DNA of 64,000 nt from Mobula hypostoma. Lineage: Eukaryota. A model generated the notes under the pieces. It was not told the origin of the DNA. It worked only from the letters and a program-made list of their open reading frames with translations, and ran no database searches. The DNA lies in contig NC_086097.1 in NCBI RefSeq assembly GCF_963921235.1, forward strand, positions 199,022,001 to 199,086,000, in the 5' to 3' direction. Shown piece by piece: positions 52,420 to 64,000 of the stretch (the stretch's first letter is position 1; every line of letters begins with the position of its first letter). A program made the translations under genes and the position numbers.

Positions 52420-53329
52420 TTGACTCCATTTTGATCATCACTTATTTTGTTTACATAATGATCTCTCTTGCTCCCTTTTGGAAACCCAAGCTTTGATACT
52501 TCCTTGTAGAAAATAAAGACAAGCTGTCATATTGTGGTCAAGTACATTGTGCCATCCCACAATATAGGAAACACTTTGAGTTCCAGTTAAATTAAGTTAA
52601 AATAATTTTGGACAATAACTTAAAATTGCAAATGTTAAATAGTAAAATTGAAATTAGGCTCCATAGAGTTTTTATTTGTATTTATGTCAGCATAATACTG
52701 AAGTATGCAAAATAATGGGCAGAAATTTTATATCACACATCATGTAACTTCATTCATAACTAAAATTATGCAATGTTTTATTCACGTTATAGATCTAAGA
52801 CCAGAAACTTACATCGAAAATACAGCAAACTTGTCTTTGGGTGGTACTGTTAAATGGAAGGTACTGAATTAGCCAAATTTTAGATATTTCTTCCAATTTT
52901 GAATTCAATGTAAATGAAAAGTAGGGAGCGGTATAATAGGATTCATTTCCTTAAAACTTGTTATAATGTATGTCTAACTACTACTTCTGATGAAAGGTTA
53001 GATCTGAAAATGTCAACATGCATTGCCGTATTATTGCTATCTTAGATTTTACTTTTAGCACTTACTTAAACGCAACCTAATTCACTATTTCCTAAATCAA
53101 TATTACTTGTCATATAATACCACTGAAATCCAGGGATGTTCTGACTAAGTGAGAAACAAGGTCAGGAGTTTACATCCTTAGATCTCAAAGTAATCTTAAC
53201 CCAGTAATAAAGTTAAGGCATGCATTTCATACTTTTGATTTAATTACAGAAAGTAATTATTTGCAGAATTGTAAGAGTTGCATTTGGCAGTGTATGTGCT
53301 TATTAGGGACAGTCTGCATGCCCTGTCAC

Positions 53330-54541
53330 TTATTATGAGTTTTTTGAGGTGTTGACAAAAATGAATGAAGAGGATAAAACTGTGGACATTGTCTACATGT
53401 ACATGATTAAGGCACTTGACAAAGTCTCTTATGGTCGGCTGATTCAGAAGAATAAAACACATGGGATTTACGGTGAGTTGGAAGATTGGGTTCAAAACCG
53501 ACATCCATTCAAGACAGAGTGAAGTAGTGGAGAGGTATTTCTGTTAATGGGCAATTGTGGCAAGTTATTTTCTGCAAGGATCTGCACCTTAACCCCTGTG
53601 GTTTGATTTGGTCAAAGATGTCAAAGGGTTGATAATTTTGCAGATGCCACCAAAATTGGTGGGATTTTAGTTGGTGAAGAAGCTTGACAAATGAAAAGGA
53701 AAAGTACAGAGTAAATGGCAGGGCCCCTTAGGAGCACAGCGAGCTCAGGGAGTGCATGTCCATTGCTCCCATAATGTAGTAACGCAAATACATACGGTGG
53801 TAAAGAATGCATATGGCTTACTTGCCTTCATCCGTTGGGCCAATGAGTGAAAAGTATCGGAAATCAATTTACAACTTCCTCACACTTCAATAGGCCACAT
53901 CTAGAGTGCTGTGTCCAGTTCTGGTCATCCCATGACTGGAAGGTTATGGAGGGTTTAGAGAGGGTGCAGAAGTGGTTAACTAAGATGATACCCAGCTTGA
54001 AGAGTCTTCGGAGAGGCCGGACAAAGTTGGAATGTTTTCTCTGGAGAAGGCACTTGATAGAAGTTTATAAAACAGTGCAATGCATGAACAAAGTAGGTAG
54101 CCAGAGACTTTATCCCAGAGTGGGAATGTCAAATACTAGAGGGCATAGCTTTAAGTAGTGAAGGAGAAAATTTAAAGGAGATCTGTGAAGCATATTTTCT
54201 TTACACAAAGAGTGGATGGTTCTGGAGCGTACTGTTGGAGGGTGGGAAGTAGAAGCAATAGAGACATTAAGGGGAGTTCTAGATAATGAAGAAAGTTGTC
54301 AAATGAAGTACTTCAGTTGGAGATATGGATATGGGAGACAGAAGTTCATCTGGACAAGTTGAGGAGTTATACTTCAGAAGGTCAAATGTTAAAGGGAAAG
54401 TATATAGTAAATGGCAGGTCCCTTAGAACCATTAAGTATAAAGAGATCATAGGGTCCATTTGTGACATAACAATATTACAAGGAATGCAGGAATATGGCA
54501 TTGCGATCAGCATCGGTGTTCATGTAATGAAGGACTTGTTC
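53330..54541 (+). mobile_element. Decayed CR1 fragments
   Basis: RPHLECCVQFWS in ORF 53847-54158; tttgcagatgccaccaaaattgg. Confidence 0.75.
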
Positions 54542-54553
54542 CTGTGCTAACAA

Positions 54554-55024
54554 AGGAACACTCACAATGCGCTGGAGGAACTCAGCAGGTCAGTCAGCAT
54601 CAGTTGAAAAGATTAGTCGACGTTTCGGGCCGAAAACCTTCATCAGGACTGAAGGAAGAACTTTGGGGAGGGTTTGAAGAATGCTGGTAGTTGAAAAAAA
54701 ACAGTAATTTGAAAGACAAAGGGGTGGGGGAGGGGAAGCAGGGAGATGATTGGCAGGAGAACAATGCGCAGTAGTAGGAGGAGGCGGAACTATGAAGGAG
54801 GTGATGTGAAATAGGGATAGAGGAAGGGAGGGGGAGGGAATTACCGGAAGTTGGAGAATTCTATGTTCATTCCAAGGGGCTGGAGACTACCTAGACGGTA
54901 TATGAGGTGTTGCTCCTCCAACTGGAGTTTAGCCTCATCATGGCAGTAGGGGAGGCCATGTATGGACATATCTGAATGGGAGTAGGAAGCAGAGTTGAAG
55001 TGGGTGGCTACTGGGAGATCCTGT
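54554..55024 (-). mobile_element. 5'-truncated Penelope-like element (second subfamily) with 12-bp TSD
   Basis: Minus strand QDLPVATHFN...LEEQHLI...GMNIEFSNFR plus tail. CTGTGCTAACAA at 54542-54553 and 55025-55036. Confidence 0.92.
54615..54650 (-). ncRNA. Minimal hammerhead motif, sense to adcy8
   Basis: Minus strand reads AGTC-CTGATGA-AGGTTTTCGGCCC-GAAA-CG-TC-GACT; canonical CUGAUGA; one mismatch in stem II. Confidence 0.75.
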
Positions 55025-58000
55025 CTGTGCTAACAAGCCAACCCATTCAACATTAGAATATGTGAGAAAGCTAAAACTGTATTCCTCCACCCCTCACTCC
55101 TCAGGCAAAACCATTCAATTGCAGGGGGAACACACAAACTCTGCACAGACAGGATTGAACCTGGATTGCTGGCACTGTGAGGCATAAAATCTGTGCTTCT
55201 TCACTGCTCATAGGGGACTAGCAGAGTTTAGTGAGAAAAGGAAAGGCAGAAACACGCAGGGATTTGAGAGAAGATATGAGAATATTAAAACTGATGTACA
55301 GTATGCCTCACAGAGGTCTAATGGAGTTCTGCAGACATGGGCAATGTGTGAATAAGACGTAACAAATGGGTGTCAGCTAAAACTTGGACAACAGAATTTT
55401 GAAGATCTCAAGTTTATTGAGAGTAAAGAGTTGAAAGCTACTAACAAGATGGAATAGGAAAACCTAGAATTAACTAAGATATAGATGAGGATTTGATCAA
55501 CTGATGAGCTTAGCCAGTGACTGAGAGAGGCAATATAACAAATAGAAAACAAAATGAATGAATCTGCTATTGCTAGGTAGTTTCCATAAATACATTTCTT
55601 AATACTCCAACATGAACATTAATTTGCATTTCAAAGTGAAGGTAGTATTGATCAGATCTCAGCTAAATAACTCTCCTTGTATTATAGATTAAACGGGAAG
55701 CAAAACACAGTCATTCTTCCAATAAAATATGTGGAATTCTTATCCTTACATTTTGCAGCCATGTTAATTGAAGACAAAATAGATTCAGCAGAACGCCTCA
55801 TTAACTCTGATAACTGTGCTGATGTACTTTATGAGATTCATCTACATCTGGAGTGATTAGAGTGAAGAATATTCAAGCACCAGCAGTGAATTTATTCTTT
55901 CACCCACAAAATATAACAGATACCCTTTTATTTGACCTTCACAAATTACAGATTATTGTAAGATGCTTCTATCTGCAAATGTTAATGATATCTGGTGACA
56001 TGACTATGTCATCTTTTTTCCATTAGTTTGCATTTGAAAATATCAGCTGTTGGGTAGCTGTAATGCCACAAAGCACCTCAACATTTCACAGCCAAGAAAT
56101 TAGATTGTGCAGAGCCAGGCATCAATGCACCATGAGATTTAATTGCATCCTTTAATAAGGGAGAGTTGTCAGAAGATGTTGAGTTTGGCTTTAAGTGAAA
56201 TTCCACCTTGTGCTGCGCAATCAGCCCCTACTAGTCACATCCCCACTGCACTCCAAGCAATATCTTGCCCAAATCGCTATAATCTCTCACCCAAACACTT
56301 CAATCAATCTCATCTAAACTCAACCTTGAATTCCCTCAATCCCTTGTCCAACCACTCTCAATATGGCTCTCATCCCCTCCTCACTGCCATGACCTCCCTT
56401 CAGCCAACTCCATCAAGGAGAGTCCCTAATCTAACTTCAGAGGATCTCCAATAATTTTCTCAACTTCCCCCTCACAATCTTGCCTAACCCTGCCCCCCAA
56501 TGATTCTCTATGACCCCATTACCAATCCTTCAGCTGCATGCCTCCACGCACCCCAAACACTCAGTCTCTTTCCTGAGCCTTCCATTGATCTCCTGACTGC
56601 TGCCCCGGTCACTCATGCATTCTTGATCAATTTCCAATCCAGTTCCTTCTCACCTCCATTCTTATTTACTCATTTATTTATTTACTCATACAGCATTTCA
56701 AACTGTGCCACCCTGCAGCACCTCATTTAACCGCAGTCTCTGGACTCCCTTTCCATGACTCATGCACAGATCTTTGACAATAATATCAGTTATCTTCTAT
56801 GCCCAAAAATAGTGCAAGCACTGTAACTATTTTGGTGGTTCACCAGAACATTTTGCTATCACAAGCCCTTATTCCAAGCATTTGTTAGCTACCATATACT
56901 GCCTATTTATACTTTTATATGAATAATATAATCTACAGGATTTTTTTTCAGTTTGAAAAAAATTAAATGCAGGAGCAAAATTATTATGGAGTGGGAACTG
57001 TGTGATGCAGTGCGTCAGACTCCAGGGTATGACCTGGGTAGTCAAACAAAATACTGAATTTGTTCATTTGATGTTTGCTTACATTGAAAGCAAAGGACAG
57101 AAATTTGAAGTGTGAAATAAGGTCCTAATTCAATACCTCCCATTTTATACAAATTCAACATGAAATTATACTTCAATTTACACTCAATACCTCTTCATTG
57201 CTATATTCTGGCTATATCTTGCTATAACATATGGGCTAAGAATCCCTATTTTCTAATACCCAAATAAAACATAACATAAAACAAATATAATTGAAATGAT
57301 TCCTTCAAAAACTAAAACAATTCTCCCCTTGAGTATCTGTAGCTTTGGTACAGGGATTAGTACAACAAATTATGCAGCAGTTTTATAGATTACAATTTTG
57401 CAATTAGCATTTCCTGATGATGTAAAGTGTACTTTGTTGTTAAGCCTGCAGGCCTGTGAGCAATTTGCCAATCTCCCTTCCAGACAGAAAAATGTTCACA
57501 TCACTGAAAAGACATTAAAGAGCTGCCCGAAATAACAGATTTTATTTAAAGCACGCTGCTTAACATTACTAGGACAGGGATACAATGTTAAAGGAACTTT
57601 TCAAACATGGCATTATTGAATGTTGGTTATTAGAAATCATTCATGCATAGTTTCTTGAGATGTGTGTGAAAGACATTCCATGTGATATATCAAACAGCAC
57701 ACAGAATGACAGAGAGAAGCAGTTTTGGGATATTTTGCTTATTAACCTTGATTCTATTTCCATTTTTAAAACATATTCAGCATGCAATTCATGACAGATA
57801 CCGCATAAAATATCAACAATAACTTTGGTGAGTTTGAGAAACCGGCTATTTTGTTCTGAATTGTTCAATTTGATAGAGAAAGAGTCAAGTGTTATTGGTT
57901 TGTGAAGCTACACATTTTGACACAGTATTGCATTCTGTTCTTATTCTATTTATTTTAGATTGCAGGGTTAAGATATTAAAGCAAATCATTTGTGAAGAAT

Positions 58001-59060
58001 TAGGAAACCCTTTTATTATTTAAGCATGCTGCTGGCAATTAAAGCAGAGTCAGAAAGCATCTGCATGCTTTAGGGCTGGATTTATTCAACTCCAAATTCA
58101 GATAAAAATAAATCTCTGAAGTGTAAATTTTCTGTAAGTTTAAATGAAAAGCTGAATTTCACATGATATTTTTAAGGACCAGATTTGTGATACTATGCAC
58201 AATTTTGGTTATGAGGATTAGAATTAAAGCACAATTAAGAAAAACTGAAATGTAGAATAATCAATTTCTGTGTGATTTTATTGGTTGCTTAATTAATACA
58301 AAATTTTGTACAATGAATTTAAGAAAATCCTTCAAGTATGGGATTGGGAATTCAGTCAGTTCTCTTACAAAAGTGGATCAAAACCGTAGACTACTTTTTT
58401 TGTTTTCTGTACACTGGGAAATTGTTGTTTGTCATTAATTTGTGATAACTAGATGGAAAGTGGTTTCCTGAAAGGTAGACAGCCGTAGACTAGACAGGGA
58501 TCTTCTTTAGAGTTTAGAAACAAAACAGTAGCGCAAAATTTTTGAAAAACCATGAGAGGAATTTGTCAGAAGCAAGAGTAAAGCAAGATGAATCAAGGAG
58601 TAGCTGTGACATACAGATAATTTACAATTCCCATTTGAGTTGCAAAAGATCATGAATTTATTTTTCTACTGAATAATAGGGTTGAGATAAGTATTTCTGT
58701 TAATTGTACTTTTATAATTTTTGATTAAATGCTAATTGCAAAATAAATCTTTATTTAGTAAAGGAAGTAAATCATTTCTGGCATTTACGAGTGTCTGTTT
58801 TTGTCTGTCACTAATACCAGTTTTATTGAAAAAAAGATGAAAGATCCTTTACGTGGAACATTGAACATAGGACAGGAACAGGCCCTTCAGCCCACTAATT
58901 AAATTAGATTTAGTTTCAGAAATGTCAATGGGCATGGTTCAGAGTTAAATAGCAATTTATTTACTTATTGACAAGAGTGCTATGAATGTAATGGTGATGT
59001 AGTTATAAAGGTTATTGTAATAATGCCTATATACTGACAGATACATCATCATTATTCTGC

Positions 59061-59651
59061 AAATGTAATGTTGAAATTGTACAAGGCATTGGTGAGGCCA
59101 AATTTGGAGTATTGTGTACAGTTTTGGTCACCGAATTACAGGGAAAATGTCAACAAAATAGAGAGAGTACAGAGAAGATTTACTAGAATGTTACCTGGGT
59201 TTCATCACCTAAGTTACAGAGAAAGGTTGAACAAGTTGGGTCTTTATTCTTTGGAATGTAGAAGGTTGAGGGGGGACTTGATAGAGGTATTTAAAATTAT
59301 TGGGGGGATAGATAGAGTTGATGTGGATAGGCTTTTTCCATTGAGAGTGGGGGAGATTCAAACAAGAGGACATGAGTTGAGAGTTAAAGGGCAAAAGTTT
59401 AGGGGTAACATGAGGGGGAACTTCTTTACTCAGAGAGTGGTAGCTGTGTGGAACGAGCTTCCAGCAGAAGTGGTTGAGGCAGGTTCGATGTTGTCGTTTA
59501 AAGTTAAATATAAGTTAGATATATGGACAGGAAAGGAATGGAGGGTTATGGGCTGAGTGCAGGTCGGTGGGACTAGGTGAGAGTAAGAGTTCGGCATGGA
59601 CTAGAAGGGCTGAGATGGCCTGTTTCCATGCTGTCATTGTTATATGGTTAT
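59061..59651 (+). mobile_element. Young CR1 3' fragment
   Basis: 162-aa ORF nearly identical to 47219-47725; same tail. Confidence 0.92.
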
Positions 59652-60019
59652 AAATCTCTTTGGATATCCAGTGTTTCTAACCTTTTGCTATTTTAATCAG
59701 TATTTTGCTATGTTATTTTTAGATGCACATCTGCCAGTATTGCATTCTGTACAGTTTCACCCAGGTGCTTAATCTACTAATAATAGTTTTAATAATAATA
59801 AATTTCAAGTTTCCCTTTACATTACATACAATACTGCTTATCTATGTGGTTCTCTATTCATCACCTATGACATTTACAGTGTTGGTGGATAGATGTGGAC
59901 ATGAAAGACTTTCTTGAAATAATCAATAATCACAACTTGCCAATTCAGGTACCTGTCTGTTATTTGCTTTCTGCCATTCAACCAATATGCCTACCAGATC
60001 TATATATTATCATCACCAA

Positions 60020-60975
60020 TAGCCGGTCTTGGTCAAACACATATATAGATACCACAGCCAAGATTGCTCACTAATGCTCCTAATTCTTCAGGAGGCTATA
60101 GCAATTTGGCAGGTCCCCTTTAACCCTCATCAACTTTTATCAATACACTATGGAAAGCACTCTATCTGGATGCATCACAGCTTAATGTGGCAATTGCTCT
60201 GCCCAAAACCACAAGAATCTTCTGAGAGTTGTGAACACAGCTCAACACCTTATGGAAACCAGCCTTCTCCCCATGGACTCTGACTATAAATCTCAGTCCC
60301 TTGGCAAAGCAGCCAAAATGATCAAAGATCTCACCCATCCCATCCCGAAAGCACGTAACATCAGGCTCAAACACCAGGCTTCTATCCTGCTGTTATAAAA
60401 CTATTGAATGTTTGATAAGCGTGATAAGAGGGATTCCTTGATCTCACAATTTATCTTCTTATGGTGTTGCACTTTATTGTCAACCTATACTGCACTTTCT
60501 CTGTAACTGCAACACTCTGTTCTGTATACTGTTATACTTTTTACCTTATACTGCCTCAATGCACTGTTGTAATGAATTGATCTGTATGGATGGTATGCAA
60601 GAAAAGTCTTAACTATATCTTGGTAAAGGCATCCGTTAGTCTTGCGAGACCATGGATCTGCGCCTGGAAAGTCTTCACTCTCCAGGGCGCAGGCCTGGGC
60701 AAGGTTGTATGGAAGACCGGCAGTTGCCCATGCTGCAAGTCTCCCCTCTCCACGACACTGATGTTTCCAAGGGAAGAGCCGATACAGCTTGGCACCACCA
60801 GTGTTGTCACAGAGCACCGTGTGGTTAAGTGCCTTGCTCAAGGACACAACACGCTGCCTCAGCTGGGGCTCGAACTCACGACCTTCAGATCGCTAGTCGA
60901 ACGCCTTAACCACTTGGCCACATGCCCATACATATATCTCATATATCTTAGTACATGTGACGATAATAAGTCAAT
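60020..60975 (+). mobile_element. Decayed Rex1/Babar-like 3' fragment interrupted by a SINE
   Basis: Plus-strand equivalent of 3700-3990 (gaaagcactctatctggatgcatcacagct...tggcaattgctctg); tacatgtgacgataata end. Confidence 0.7.
60626..60927 (-). mobile_element. tRNA-derived SINE
   Basis: A box TGGCCAAGTGG and B box GAGTTCGAGCC, then GTGTCCTTGAGCAAGGCACTTAACC. Flanks TATATCTTGGTA (60614-60625) / TATATCTTAGTA (60942-60953). Confidence 0.88.
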
Positions 60976-62214
60976 GTACCAATTTATTCCCTTTGTTGTA
61001 CAACTTTCAATTTAGCTGGGAAAATGTCATGTGAGGCATTATTCAAAAAGCATTCAATAATATCGTACAAAAAGCTTTTACATCACACACTAGGATTACT
61101 CATTTCATTTTGCTCTCACCTTCAAAAAGAAAGGTAATGTACAATTTTCCATTCAAAATGAATAATTCCTGAATCAAGAAAATATTGTGATATTGTAGTT
61201 AGGGCAACTAAAATCTCTTCATCTACTGTCTTTGCAAGTCTGAAATGGGAAACATTCAGTATCATCTACTTGTCATAATTTAGTGTTATTACTTATCATT
61301 AATTTTGTTTTGTTAATTATAATTTTATGTTCCTATTTATACTGCTTCAAATGATTTCCCTATTCCTCCTTCAGTTTTAGTTCCCTTAGCATGTCTGGCA
61401 TACTGCCTTGTTTTTCCACTGATGCGATGTACTTATTCGACTTCTGCCATTTCCTTGTCTGTGCTTGTAGTATCAGGTTTATCAGTTTTGAAAGGCTCAG
61501 ATGTTTCACATCAGCCTCTTTTCCTTGAAATAATTTCAAGAGGTTTTATTACATTGATATTACTATATATTTCAAGTTATTTTCCTTTTCTAGTTTGATT
61601 GCTCTTACTGTCTGTTCTGTCACCATTTGCTGTCTTGTGTTTCTCCTGTCCCCAGGATCTTCACCAGTTTTCTTGTATTTGAACATTTCTGCAATTTTAT
61701 TTGGTCTCTTCCAAATATACTTGCTTTTTCGAGAGGCAGAGCTATCTCCCAGATTGTATACTACATCGATTTCATTTCTAAAGGCCTTTCACAATTTAAT
61801 CCTTTTGTTTTAATCATTGATTCAGTTTATCTGTGCCAATTTGCATGTTAGTCAACCTTGTCTAAATCTAGAATTGTTTTGAAGATCAAGAGTAAACTCA
61901 CATGCATTAACTATATTTACCTTATTCTCTATTACAGAATACACTGAATATAGCCCTCTGATTGTTGACTTTAGGACATAGGTGAATGCTGAACACACTC
62001 AAAAAACATAACACCCTTCACACATGAACGGGAGTGTGCCTTTCCCAGTGTGCAATGAAACTGCATTTGATGTCTTTGCTGCACCCATTCCTGGACTCCT
62101 CCATCTCAAATACACGTTAGTAATAGGAGGCTTAAACATAACATTCAATACAACTTTAAACGCGTCTTCATTTTCTTAATTCTAGCATTAAATCTCCATC
62201 GCCGGTTTACCTTA

Positions 62215-62507
62215 CCAGGGGTGATTGATAAGTTCGTGGCCTAAGGTAGAAGGAAATGAGTTATTAACCTCAAACTTTCCGCATTTTCACTCAGAGTTGA
62301 AGTGCACGTGCATGTAACGAGAGCTGTATAACTCATCTCCCTCTACCTTAGGCCACGAACCTATCAATCACCCCTGCTGTGGACCACCTGGAGGTCCAAG
62401 ACGCTCTCGTTACATGCACGTGCAGTTCAACTCTTTGAGTGATAATGCAGGAAGTTAATAATTCATCTGCTTCTACCTTAGGTCACGAACTTATCAATCA
62501 CCCCTCC
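62215..62507. mobile_element. Mariner-type MITE with TA TSD and a third internal TIR copy
   Basis: AGGGGTGATTGATAAGTTCGTGGCCTAAGGTAGAAG is mirrored at the right end; TA at 62213-62214 and 62508-62509. Confidence 0.88.
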
Positions 62508-62565
62508 TATGTTTTTAGTCCCTGACGTGATTTTTATCTTTAATCACACAAAGTTGGCTTCCCTG

Positions 62566-62760
62566 AACACGAGAGAATCTGCAAATGCTGGAAATATATA
62601 GCAGCACATGCAAAATGCTGGAGGAACTCGGCAAGGTCCAGCAGCATCTGTAGAAATGAGTAAACAGTCCACTTTTCGGGCTGAGACCCTGATGAAATCT
62701 TGATGGAAGGTTGTTCACTCTTTTCCATAGGCCTGTCGAGTTCCTCCAGCATTTTGTGCG
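62566..62760. repeat. Hairpin formed by two inverted PLE-tail halves
   Basis: Perfect 20-bp inverted repeat CAAAATGCTGGAGGAACTCG (62611-62630) / CGAGTTCCTCCAGCATTTTG (62737-62756). Confidence 0.75.
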
Positions 62761-63097
62761 CTCCCAATACCCTAGTTTTCCTGTAAGATTTTAAATCTTC
62801 TAGATTAAATCACGATCCTTCCATCGAACGGTCACATCTCAGTTTTGGCTTCTATGCCAATAAACATCAGCTGAATTTTCGCCACAATTTCCTCTTTCAT
62901 CCTATGTGAAGAATAATTCTTTGGGACAATATTAACGTGCCTCCCGCTGCCAGGAATGTTCAAAGTTCAGAACTTATTGATATGGCGTGCTCAAATTATA
63001 AACAAGTATGAGTTCCCTCACAATTTAACAAGCAAAATTTTACAGATTACGTTACAGTTTTCAAACTGGTTCCATCTGTCTATGAATCTGCCCTTAC

Positions 63098-63247
63098 CTG
63101 TCGCTGGTTCTCCGTTTCCAGTCGAAGTCTCGCTTCAATACATCTTCTGGTTTCCAGGAACGCCTGGCGCTGCGCCCGGTCAGCCAGGTAACTGATAAAT
63201 ATTCCGGCCGTGTTCATACACATGAACAATACCGATTGGGCTATCAC
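63098..63247 (-). CDS. adcy8: Adenylate cyclase 8 coding exon (approx. exon 2; last M1 helix and helical linker), 150 bp
   Basis: Translates [50 protein letters not shown], which I recognise as ADCY8. Acceptor tttcag and donor GTAAGG; phase 0/0. Confidence 0.96.
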
Positions 63248-64000
63248 CTGAAAGGGGAAAGCCAACACTTCATTTTCCCTCCGGAACGATTCCACTTCTC
63301 TTCGGCGCCCGTCTAGCTTATTCAGGATAATAGCACCTCAAAATGACCAACCTGATCAATACTGTTGCTCACTTTAGAGACAACTATCGATTCCCATCTC
63401 TACTACAGTCACTTAACCTGCCGGAAATATATGTAAGTCAATATTTTAAAGAGAAACGGCGCGGCAATGTCTTAACGCTCAGGCGCCTCTTCAGAATAAT
63501 CAGATACTCAACATTTATCTTCTGAACTTGACTTATTAACCCCCCCCCCACACTAATTTATCACATAATTCGAATTCGTTTTCAAATAAGTTGTAATAAT
63601 GACATATAATAGTTTCATGCAAAAGTGCTGATATAGTAACGTATTTGATCATGTTTATTCCATTCCTATTGTAACGCAAGGAGTGATCTGTAGTTGATAG
63701 AGTTACAGTATCTATAAGGTACAATAGCAAGTTGTCAATGTTCATGGATTTACTGTGCTGGAATGAGGTCAGACCTGCCGTGCATTAATTACAAGCGCTT
63801 TTCTCTAAAACCCCCCACCACTGTAGAGGAATTACTGCGGAGCATAGCAGTTACCATGCCTTAAAAATCTTGGACCGGACAGCAGAGTCCATGTGTCGGA
63901 ACAATTTGTCGACACGTTTTAAATTTATTGGGTTATAAACAGCATGACTGGTTGGAAGGCAGTAAATTTCGATTATTTTAGGAGATTATAATTACAATCA

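Noticed and set aside
51557..52496. Overlapping 68-168 aa ORFs
   Set aside because: They lie in a GC-rich solo LTR with short repeats and show no protein motifs.
52987..53017. CTGATGA...GAAA hammerhead-like motif
   Set aside because: Stem I does not pair and stem II is poor; at most a decayed PLE tail.
60650..60780. GGGCAAC in the SINE body as a second HDV-like ribozyme
   Set aside because: No compatible P1/P2/P3 or J4/2 could be assembled; GGGCAA pairs locally with TTGCCC.
60855..60927. tRNA gene
   Set aside because: The tRNA-like head continues into a SINE body and tail with a TSD.

Overview
Eukaryotic, repeat-rich vertebrate DNA; the CR1/Penelope/Rex1 landscape suggests a cartilaginous fish (inference). 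The window holds six minus-strand coding exons of adenylate cyclase 8 (adcy8, approximately exons 2-7: end of M1, the C1a catalytic domain and the start of C1b). All have GT-AG boundaries and splice into one continuous frame. The introns (13.8, 0.55, 29.6, 18.1 and 0.14 kb) contain CR1 and Rex1/Babar LINEs, Penelope-like elements (PLEs), a decayed Gypsy element, a solo LTR, Tigger and mariner DNA elements, a Harbinger fossil and a tRNA-SINE. The most notable signals are predicted RNA structures. (1) A 576-bp non-coding retroposon with an 11-bp TSD starts with a sequence that folds by eye into an HDV-like ribozyme with an extra hairpin in L3. (2) Minimal hammerhead ribozyme motifs sit in PLE tails, two of them sense within the adcy8 pre-mRNA. 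Also noted: a MER2-like Tigger that keeps a transposase fragment, a 7x48-bp minisatellite from a CR1 esterase motif, and inverted CR1 copies flanking exons 3-4. Everything was read by eye; family names are from recalled motifs, and boundaries of decayed repeats are approximate.
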